A stretch of 64,000 bases of DNA, from assembly GCA_017499595.2 (NCBI GenBank), contig CM039006.1:310001-374000 (forward strand), in the 5' to 3' direction. The notes under the pieces are model-generated. The model made no database searches. It had not been told where the DNA came from and was given only the letters and a program-made list of their open reading frames with translations. The position numbers and the translations under genes were made by a program. The DNA comes from Psilocybe cubensis. Taxonomy: Eukaryota. Shown here in pieces: positions 50,125 to 64,000 of the stretch; within the stretch, counting starts at the first letter, position 1; each line of letters starts with the position of its first letter.

Positions 50125-50285
50125 TTATGTCTGGAAAGGAAAGTAGGCTGTAAAACTAAGCTTCAGAGAACTAAAGATGGCTTTATAGCATCAGTTGAGA
50201 TATGGCTCGGCTCAGCAAGATCTCTGTCTGCCTAGTCATCAAGGCTTTTTCAAGCGGCGACTCAATGTGCCATTGATGATTGAGG

Positions 50286-50313
50286 GTCACCGGTCACCAG
50301 TCACCAGTCACCA
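50286..50313. repeat. Heptamer tandem repeat (GTCACCR, about 4 units) in the divergent GPN2/RecQ promoter
   Basis: GGTCACCGGTCACCAGTCACCAGTCACCACAG. Confidence 0.6.
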
Positions 50314-50384
50314 CAGGGTAATTCAAACCTGAACGCGTCTTGATATCATCATTTTGCGCGTCTTCATGTTGAGGAAGCACTACT

Positions 50385-53930
<3,546 letters not shown>

Positions 53931-54195
53931 AAAATTGGTTATATATGTATGTAGGTACGTACAAGACATTATTGACTATGTAATACAATGTGATAGCGAA
54001 AACACATGGGCATGGAGCAAGGGCCTCTTTGTTTATAAAGCATATTATAATTGATACAGGGACATAGATAGAGGGGACATACATTGCGAGAGTGAACACA
54101 AATAATGATAGTACGAAGCTTCAGAAAACCAGAAGTCGTAGAGCCGCCAGATAAATAAGCCAGACAATATAGAGCGACGAACACATTCAGAGATG

Positions 54196-56631
54196 CTACG
54201 CCTTAGGTTGTTTGAGAGCAGAACGAAGAGGTGGTTTCGGAATCAGACGGTGCCCCAGGTCGATTCGGGTGCCTTCCTCGTTCATCCAGCCTTCGCCATG
54301 TTCAGGGTAATCATCAAGATCAGGTGGATACTCTTGCCCAGGCGCAGCGGCTTTGTACGCCCCATCATTCGTCCAAAGTTGGTCCCTGTTGAAAAGTGGA
54401 GAAAAAAAGGTTGGAGTGTCAGTATAACATAATTCAAAAATATAGAAACAGGAATTTTACCCCCTGCGGTTGAACCACCCTTTGCGGCGTTGGTTGGCGA
54501 ATAAAGGAGAAGGGCAAATCAAGTTCTCGTTCCAGCGAACAGATCGCAGAGCAGGCGCAGAGTTTCTACCAGAGAGCTGCGGCCTCAATGGAATATTCTG
54601 GTCGCCATCCGAATAACGCCTTTGCTGCTGCGGCTCGGAGCTAGCTTGACCAGGCATGACTGTCGTTCGAACGTTGCCTGCCGCGTCGATGTACTTCACA
54701 GTCGCCTGAGGAGGTATGGGACCACGAGGCACTAGGCCGTTGGTCGCAAATCTAGATGGATCGGGTGCCTGTAAATAGTTGGGATCTGCTGCGTATGGAG
54801 GCTGCGAGCGAGAGCTAGGAGGCTCTTGAGTGAGGACGCGGGCATGAGAGCTGCCGACATTTTGAGAGGTAACACGATCCATGGCTCTTGAAGGTGGAAG
54901 AGAAGATGGCTGGGGTTGGGCCGGCCGGCTGTCGTAGGCCGAAGTGGGTGGCAAAGGGCCGGGTTGAGGGTAATAAGGATTTTTAGATCCGTATTCAGGC
55001 CCACGCCTCGAGTCGGAGGGCGAGATCTGTAATGGCAGATTTTGGCGCATAGGTGCCGAAAACGAATTGGAACGTGTCCTCACTCGATCGTGTGGCAATA
55101 CTGCGCTATTCTGGGCAGCCGCTTGTCGTTGAGCGGCCTCAAGCTCAATTGGACTGGCGCGCATTTGGGTGGGAGACGTGCTCAATGGGCCTACTTTGTA
55201 TACTCCATCACGAGAATCGTACGGCCTGCCGTCTTTAGGAGAGCGAGGAGAGTCATCTGGATATGCCTGAGAACTGCGACGAGACGGGGGAATAGGTCGA
55301 TGGTCGGACGAATCCCGAGGTACAGACGCGCTGTTGGGCGCCAAAAAATTGTCTCGCCGGGCATGTTCTCTTGAACCTGACCCGCTCGAATCTGAGCTCG
55401 GTCTGGAAGAAGGACCAGTAGGTGGCCTATAGTCAACAGTGGTGTAAGAGGAGCCGTACTCGCGGTACTCCGAGGTCGGGCGCTGGCCAACAATGTCTGG
55501 GCGAGGTCCGACGACTGAAGGCCTGCGAGCTCGGTCTTGGGTGTAGTCCTGCGGACGAGAGGGTCCTGGATCAGAGGAACTTGGAGAGGTCCTGCGAGAG
55601 GGTTCGGGTCGATAACCAGCATCGCGACTCCGACTAGGAGAAATAGCTGCAGGATATGACTGTGACAAGGGACCGAGGAGTTCAGGAGGAAGCTCAGAAG
55701 GGATTCGCTCGACACTAGGGGGGCTGTCAAGCCTTACCGAGCTATGCAAGAGGGTGGGTGGATCCGACTTGCTGGGAAAGTGGAGACTTGGGTGTAGTGG
55801 TTGCGAGGAAACGACTCTATTAACATTGGATGGGACTGAACGTCCGTCGCTGGAGGATGCAGTACTTGAAGTATAGAAAGAACCTGTGGAGGCCGAGTTG
55901 ATTCCTGCATTGATTTTGGCGATTCTATCGCGTTCCTCCACCTCCATCTCCGAAAATGTGCTCGGTTCGTACTCCGGGATCTCTATAAAACCTCTTCCAG
56001 TGGATGGAACTCGTGACATGCCTGTAGTTGGAGGGGCAGGAGCACGAAAAGGTGTGGTGGAGCGACCAGCCAGACTTGCTAATCTACGGTGTTCTTCAAC
56101 TGATTCCGCCGTCAACGCAGCCTCATGGGCACGATTGCTGGAAGACGCTGTCCTGCTCATTGCAGTGCTCTGAGGAGCGGAAAGAGTCTGGGGGTATCCC
56201 CCACGAACAGCAGGAGTTTGGGGGCGAACAATTCGTTGATCTTCCATCGGATTGCCCTGAAGAGTGACTGTACTGTCTGTAGAAAGCGCAGGCGAGAATG
56301 CAGATGATGGGGAAAAGGTAGTGGTTGAAGCATTATCCAGCTCGGAGGTCGAGAAAATATCTGACTTGGAGCACATCGATTGCTCATAGATAAACGTGTC
56401 ATTCGTTGCACTGGGATAAATAGCGTAATTTGGCGTAGTTCGTGGTCGTTGGTCGTAGGCATTATACGAGCTATGTGGAGGAGCATAGGTAGGTTTCATG
56501 TTTTTGACTGTTGTGTAGCGCTTCCAGATGAATGAGACGTACCTAGAGGGATACCAGCTCGCGTTTTGTTGCTGTGGTTGAGTCGGAGGTGGCGGCGGCA
56601 GCGTTTGCGGCGCACGATAATTATTATCCAT
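54196..56631 (-). CDS. Hypothetical Ser/Pro/Arg-rich protein with a compact C-terminal domain
   Basis: Long ORF 54457-56790 splices to a last exon: ...VRWNENLICPSP..RRKGWFNRRG|DQLWTNDGAYKAAAPGQEYPPDLDDYPEHGEGWMNEEGTRIDLGHRLIPKPPLRSALKQPKA* (stop 54196). Start taken as MDNNYRAPQ. Confidence 0.72.
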
Positions 56632-57960
56632 TTTGGGGTTTAGAGGATACGCAAAAGGTACACTCGTTGAGGTCTTAAATACTCGAACCGAGAACCGGTT
56701 TGTGGGCTTTGAGGTGTGAAAACATGGGTATGAGATAGAACATGGAAGGCGGGGTGAAAAGACGTACCTTGGCCGGCCCATTTTGTCCAAACTTCATGCC
56801 TGAAGATACGTTGGGGAGGAGAGAGGAGAACATATTGGAGAAGCGGTAGGGCTCAGCATCATAGGGTACGACAAACCAGGACGTGTGAAATATAAGTAGG
56901 GATGAATTCGGACATCACGCTATCCACACGAGTGAAGCTTGAGGCAACACATGCGGCCAATTATGATCGAGAATTCTATGCAGCCGTTTCGGTGCGAGGG
57001 CAAATGACACTGCAACAAGTTGCGAATAGCAGAATCTTCTGACATCCGTGCCACTGTTGATGAGCATTAGCAACTGCAGCACTGGAACGCGAAAGAAGCC
57101 GAATCTCACATGTGAGTGAGTAGAGTAAGCTCCACCGAAGATGCACCTCCTTGACAATTTGTTTCACCATCCGTGTTATTAATAACAGGGCGCAAAGTCC
57201 CTGGCATTCGCCTGCGCCTTCGTTCCATGAAAAGCAGGCCGAAAAAGGAAGAAAGCGTCGTTCCTGATCGTTGTACACTTATGGTAGCCATGAAGAAAAT
57301 CACTTTAATGGCTGACGCTCCCCGATGGACAAGGAGTTCGGCCTGCTGCTGTGTGGCTGAGGTTATAGCTGCTTTACATGAGCGTTCCACGAGCGTCAAA
57401 ACACTGAACGGGGTTTGTCGGATTGAAAGAAGGTGCAATAGGTCAAAGTTCCGGAATATTCTAACCTATTGACTATGATGAGTTAATTGTGAGTGACACA
57501 AATGCCTCTAGGACTCCATGCTACGCTGCACGCACCTCCTTCCTCGGCATTCGGCTCATAATATCTTCTGAAATAGCATCAACTGAGATCGTATTTGGAT
57601 CGTAGCCAAATTGTAATCCATTCAAGCTTTAAGGTATATTAGCTGGATCGTTATTGACAGTCTTCCCAGTCAGTAAGAGTAACATAAAATGAGAGCAACA
57701 GCAGCAGCCTGACAATAGTAGTAACATAGGAACTAGGAATTGACTAGTAGGAATGTCATTCTCGTCAAGAGTCGAAAGTTGATGCGGACAATAGACTTAG
57801 CTGATAAATTATATAATCAATTCCTTCAAAAATCATTCAGTCAAGAACAAATACCGGTACTGGTTTAACGTTTACCTTGACACTCAACTTGAACGACATT
57901 TTGTTTTATCCAAGGGCAAGTAATTCTTGGGCTTTGCGGAGGTGAATGTTATAAAACGAT

Positions 57961-60900
57961 ATGCATGCTCTTCGCCAAGAAATTATTCCGGCCAGCGGTG
58001 TTGAATTCGCTGCAAGTCTCCATTTGACGCCGTCATCAAGAAAACCAACTTCAACGAACGTTTCAACGCGTCACGAATTCGTATCGCGCGTTCTCTGCAA
58101 CCTGGTTGTCGCTCGGTCTAACTTACTGCGTATATTTGAAGTGCGGGAGGAGGCTGCGCCTATACAAACACAAGCAGAAGATGACCGGGACAGGCGGGCA
58201 AGTATGAGGCGAGGGACGGAGCCAGTCGAGGGCGAAGTTGTGATGGACGAAGCAGGAGATGGGTATATCAACATAGCCAAGGTGATTTACATCTTTCATG
58301 TACTTTTGAGAGCAAATGCATATCATTTAATCATAAACCACATCGTTTATGCGAGCGAGTTTGGCTAATTCATACCCTTGCTCCAGTCTGTGCCCCAGAA
58401 GGAACCAGTGCATATTTCGACAGTCACTCGTTTCTACCTTATAAGAGAACATCGTCTTCATGGAATTGTAACCGGGATAAAAGGACTCAAAATCGTTACA
58501 TCTTTAGAGGATAATCTGGACAGACTGCTCGTTTCTTTTAAAGATGCGAAGGTGAGTGTCGTACGTTCTTGTAACGCAAAATCAGGGCTTAATGTATGTT
58601 CAGATTGCTCTTCTAGAATGGTCTGATATAATCCACGATCTTGTCACTGTTTCGATCCATACTTATGAAAGGGCCCCCCAGATGGTATGCGTTCACTTTT
58701 CTTCTGCTTGACTTTACTACTTCTTATATTTCACATAGCTTGCTTTAGATTCTCCTTTATTCAGGGCGGAGTTGCAAGTAGACCCCCTCTCCCGCTGTGC
58801 TGCGCTTTCGCTACCGAAACATGCCCTCGCTATTCTTCCATTTTACCAAACGCAGGCCGAGCTCGAGGTTATGGACCAAGACCAGCCTCAACAGGACCAA
58901 ACTCAATTCAAGTGAGGGTACATCTTCTTTCTTGCAGCAATGTTCTCATCTTCTTCAGGGATGTACCCTACTCTCCGAGTTTTATACTCGACCTGCCAGG
59001 TCAGGTCGAGCCAAATCTCCGTAACATCATCGACTTTGTGTTCTTGCCAGGATTCCACAACCCAACACTTGCAGTTCTATTCCAAACGCAACAAACATGG
59101 ACTGGGTATGCCACTACTTCTATCTGCTTCAACATCCAAATCGCTAATAACTGAAAAGTCGATTGAAGGAATTCAAAGATACCGTCAAACTTACCATCTT
59201 CACCCTCGATACCTCATCCCAAAAGTATTCGTTGATAACTTCCGTTGAAGGTCTACCCCATGACTGTTTATATCTCATGCCTTGCTCGGAGACATTGGGA
59301 GGAGTAGTTGTGGTCTCGAGTAACGCAGTGATATATGTCGATCAATCTTCGCGGCGCGTTGCCCTTCCGGTCAACGGATGGACCTCTCGAATCAGTGATA
59401 TCCAACTCTTACCGGTACCAACTTCCGATCAAAGTCGACACCTAATCCTGGAAGGCTCTCGCACTCTTTTTGTTGACGATAAAACCTTTTTCGTATTCTT
59501 GAAAGACGGCACAGTATACCCAATCGAGATCGAGGCGGAAGGAAAGATAGTCTCAAAGCTTATTTTGGGACCACCGCTTGCCCAAACATCTTCGCCGTCT
59601 GTGGTGAGAAGCCTTGGCGAAGATCATATCTTCATCGGAAGCACTGTCGGCCCATCCGTACTGCTTAAAGCCGCACACGTTGAAGAGGAGGTGCACGACG
59701 ACGCACAGGATTCTGCGCCATCTGCAATAGTTAAAGATGACGATCAGATGGATTATGATGACGACGACGAAGGTCAAGACATTTACACGTTTACTGGTTA
59801 TCTAAAGTTTATTCATTTTTTGTGTCAGACATCTACGGCGTCTCATCTAAACCTACAGCAGTGTCAGCCGTCAATGGCCTTTCCAATGGTCACTCCGTAG
59901 CAAAGAAAACACGGACAGTCATTCATTTATCTTTACGCGATTCTTTGCCTGCCCATGGTACTATTACTAGCATGGCGTTCTCTTTGGCCAAAAACGGAGT
60001 AAGGTTGACTTTTTTAACATTTTGTGTTTCCCAACTTAACTTTTGTCCTCTTTAGGATCGTCCAGTCCCTGAACTTGTCACTGCAACTGGATCTGGCTTG
60101 ACGGGCGGGTTTACGCTATTTCAGGTGCGTTGTTGATTTTTCTGCATAATAAGTACAAAACACTAAAAGCCACGGTAGCGCGACCTTCCAGTCATCGCTA
60201 AGCGGAAGCTTCATGTAATAGGTGGTGCTCGCGGGCTTTGGTCTCTCCCCATTCGCCAGCCTGTTAGAGCAAGCGGCATTTCATATGAAAAACCAATGAA
60301 TCCATATCACGCAGAAAATGATACCTTAATTTTAAGCACGGATATCAATCCTTCTCCAGGTTTATCAAGAGTAAGCGTTAATGAGTTCTGCCTTTCACAT
60401 TGACAAGCTTCACTCATATTGCTAAATAGATCGCCACGAGGACCACTAAGAATGACATATCTATTACTACCCGTATACCTGGTACTACCATCGGCGCAGC
60501 ACCCTTTTTCCAACGAACAGCAATACTTCATGTGATGACCAATGCTATCCGGGTCCTTGAACCTGGTGAGTAGCTGAAACATCTGATGTTTTCATACTAC
60601 TCCATTTTGATGCATAACGTTTGCCTTTAGATGGAACAGAACGCCAAATAATCAAGGATATGGATAACAATATGCCTCGCCCCAAAATTCGCTCCTGCAG
60701 CATCTCCGACCCTTTTGTGTTAATCATCCGAGAGGATGATTCCATTGGGCTCTTCATCGGCGAAACTGAGAGGGGAAAGATTCGACGGAAGGACATGTCG
60801 CCCATGGGAGACAAGGTACTCACATCGCCAAAAATGTTACTTCTTTAACTGAACCTCGTATTTCAAAGACTTCACGCTATTTGACCGGGTGTTTCTTTTC

Positions 60901-63601
60901 CGACACTAATGGGATTTTTGGAGAACAGTACGAGAACACTGTTTCTCCAAACGGTACAGCAACAACCACCCTTCAAGCTGCAGTCAACGCCGGAAACAAA
61001 GGTCAATGGCTAATCCTGATGCGTCCTCAAGGCATCATGGAGGTATGAACTTTTCGTTTGCGGACAATCTGACCCGTACTAATTGAATTGCAATCGAAAG
61101 ATATGGACGTTGCCCAAATTGACGTTGGCTTTCTCCACTGATGGTCTCTCGACATTGCAAAATGTTCTAACAGACTCGCATGACCCCCCTGCGCTTTCGC
61201 TTCCCCAAGATCCGCCGCGAAAACCGCAAGACCTTGATGTAGAACAGTTACTTATTGCTCCTATAGGAGAAACCTCTCCTCGCCCTCATTTATGTGTATG
61301 GACACATTACTTCCTGTTGTTCAAAGTGTATTGCTAAATGGATCTTTATTCAGGTATTCCTACGCTCAGGTCAACTAACGATATTTGAGGTAGTGGCCGC
61401 AAGCGATAACTTGGAACCAGTGGCGAAACCTAGACAGTCACATCTAAAGATCATGTTCGTCAAAATTGCCTCGATGGCTTTCGAAATCCAGCGTCAAGAA
61501 GAAAATGAAAAAAGCATAATCGCAGAACAAAAGCGAATTTCACGGAACTTCATACCGTTCGTAACTAGCCCTGCACCTGGCGTCACATATTCCGGGGTGT
61601 TTTTCACAGGCGATCGCCCTAATTGGATTCTTGGGGGCAACAAAAGCGGGGTGCAAATTTACCCATCAGGGCATAGTGTTGTGCATGCATTTACCGCCTG
61701 TTCTCTGTGGGAGGCCAAGGGTGATTTCTTGCTTTATACAGAAGAGGTATGTGTTTTGCTGCGCCAACGGAATGTCTCTGCGGAATGTGAACTGAGGTAT
61801 TATGCCGACAGGGTCCCTGTTTGCTTGAATGGGCCCCCAATTTCCAGCTTGATGGACCATTACCCTCTCGTTCAATTCCAAGAGGACGGTCTTATTCAAA
61901 TGTTCTGTTTGACCCTTCTACCTCTTTAATCGTTGCAGCTTCTTCTCTTCAAGCGAAATTCACATCATATGACGAAGACGGCAACAGGATTTGGGAACCT
62001 GACGGTAAGTAACCAATTATGCTCCATTGGCTTCGGAGCTTCTGGCGAGCTTACCTTGCGTCGTGTAGCTCCTAACATTGCCGACCCCCTATGTGACTGC
62101 TCGACCCTTGAGCTCATATCACCTGACCTGTGGATAACGTTAGACGGGTAGGAGGAACAGCTACACAGCTTGACCCGCATTTCTGATGTGTTTCGGTTTT
62201 GTAGGTATGAGTTTGCAACGAACGAGTACATCAATGACCTAGCATGCGTCAACCTTGAAACGTCAAGCACTGAAAATGGAAGCAAGGATTTCATTGTCGT
62301 CGGCACTACAATCGATCGCGGAGAGGATCTTGCTGCCAAAGGCGCCGTAAGCTCGTCATTACGTCGTACCCCAAGAGGCACCGCAACTAAATTCTCTTCT
62401 TTCCCCAGACTTACATTTTCGAGATCGTTGAGGTCGTTGCTGATCCCGCTGTCGCGCCTAAGCGATGGTTTAAGCTTCGCCTCCGATGCCGTGACGATGC
62501 GAAAGGTCCGGTCAGTGCTGTGTGTGGCTTTTCCGGATACCTTGTTTCATCCATGGGTCAAAAGGTGCAGGCCAAATCGGCGTTTTTTTTTTCTCTCTCT
62601 TTCTATCCGTAATTAACATTATTTAGGTCTTTGTGAGGGCATTTGATTCGGACGAACGCCTCGTGGGTGTAGCGTTTATGGATGTGGGCGTCTACGTGAC
62701 CTCGCTTCGGACACTGAAAAATCTCCTCCTCATCGGCGATGCTGTGAAAAGCGTCATGTTCGTGGCCTTCCAGGTACGTTGACTTAATCCCACGTTAGAA
62801 CACGCGTCTTCATATATGCGCATTGCCCCACAGGAAGATCCGTACAAACTTACACTTCTAGCTAAAGACACGCACCATATATGCGTGACGAGTGCCGACT
62901 TCTTCTTCACCGATGGCGAGCTTTCAATAGTCACCAGCGACGAGGAAGGTATTGTGCGTGTGTATGAGTATAACCCACAAGGTATGTGCGCTTTCGTTTC
63001 GAGCGAAACGCGTGGTGCGTCCCTCTGACACGTACACATCGTTTCAGATATTGAATCCAACGATGGGCGATCTCTCATACTGCGCACTGAGTTCCATGGA
63101 CAAAGCGAATACCGAACTACTGCCATCATTGCTCGTCGAACTAAGGACCAACCAGACATTCCACAATCCAAACTATTGATGGGTGAGGGCTACCCCAAGC
63201 TCATTTTTATCGAGACTGTTGACTAATGAGGGGCTAGGCTCTCCGGACGGCTCATTGACTTCACTCACTTCCGTGGATGAGCACGCCTTTAAACGGCTGC
63301 AACTGCTTCAGGGTCAACTTACCCGTAATATTCAGCATACTGCTGGACTTAATCCCAAAGCTTTCCGGTATGATTTCCCGAGAACTTGTCTGTTTTGTTC
63401 AACTCGCTTATGCTTTTTCATTTCAGTATTGTACGCAATGACTACGTCTCTAAGCCATTGTCAAAGGGCATCCTTGACGGAAACCTTTTGGCCCACTACG
63501 AAACTCTTCCAATTACCAGGCAAAACGAAATGACCAGACAAATTGGAACGGAGAGGCTGACCGTTTTGCGGGATTGGATTTCTTTGTCCGGTCCTTGGTG
63601 A
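57961..63601 (+). CDS. CFT1: Cleavage and polyadenylation specificity factor subunit 1 (CPSF160/Cft1)
   Basis: NLVVARSNLLRIFEV, LLVSFKDAK|IALLEW, SIHTYE, IIDFVFLPGFHNPTLAVL, GVFFTGDRP, IVVGTTIDRGEDLAAKG, LLIGDAVKS, AGLNPKAFR, GILDGNLL; many GT-AG introns. Confidence 0.93.
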
Positions 63602-64000
63602 GGCTATGTATTTTAACACTTAACATTTGTATCTCTCAGGCCATTCCTGGTGTAATTCCCATTTAATTCATCTTTAATGCTTTCAGTCTGTACTTAGTGG
63701 GGGGAACAGAGCCATGTTTATATATTACTAATCTCCGGGTATGACCGGCTACCATTCCCCCGAAGCTGTTTTCGCCAACTTGAAGACCTTCAATTATGGC
63801 TTCTCGACCGACGACATTCGGATATAAATTCTCACATATGAGAACTCGATGGAGCCTGGCAGCTGAGTAATCCCGCTGGAGCTAGTTTGGGCTGAAAGCC
63901 GCTCATACTGAACCTCACTGCAACCGCCGCTTACACTGATACACCCATCAACATCACAGTTCAATCATCTTAGGCAGACCTACATTAACAATGACAGAAC

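Noticed and set aside
54340-54370. Apparent frameshift in the last exon of the 54196-56631 gene
   Set aside because: A recount shows four G residues (GAT GGG GCG TAC), so the frame is intact.

Overview
This is intron-rich eukaryotic DNA from a fungus, most likely an agaricomycete basidiomycete: introns are short (about 50-60 nt, GT/GC-AG with CTRAY branch sites), there are micro-exons, and several genes belong to agaric-typical families. Most ORF-track entries are exon fragments, so I rebuilt gene models by eye. The housekeeping backbone is ATG18 (3' part), TRL1 tRNA ligase, a tRNA-Glu(CTC), EXO70, SEC31, a family III CoA-transferase, GPN2, a RecQ helicase and CFT1/CPSF160. Accessory content comprises a type-B carboxylesterase/lipase, an M36 fungalysin, two intact copies plus one remnant of a secreted G1-peptidase-like protein, an AgaK1-type kinase, three hypothetical genes and nested non-autonomous DNA transposons at 36.6-39.2 kb. 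The standout locus is 21.4-28.2 kb. One 16-exon gene of about 1,705 aa fuses a cellular (RNAi-type, DLDGD) RNA-dependent RNA polymerase to an uncharacterised middle region and a complete Upf1/Sen1-like SF1 helicase. It sits head-to-head, 124 bp apart, with a small NadR/AAA_28-type P-loop kinase gene, making a candidate self-contained RNA-silencing or antiviral module. Other notable items are a probable non-AUG, spliced mitochondrial-presequence extension on TRL1 and a tRNA with an apparent 6-nt intron.
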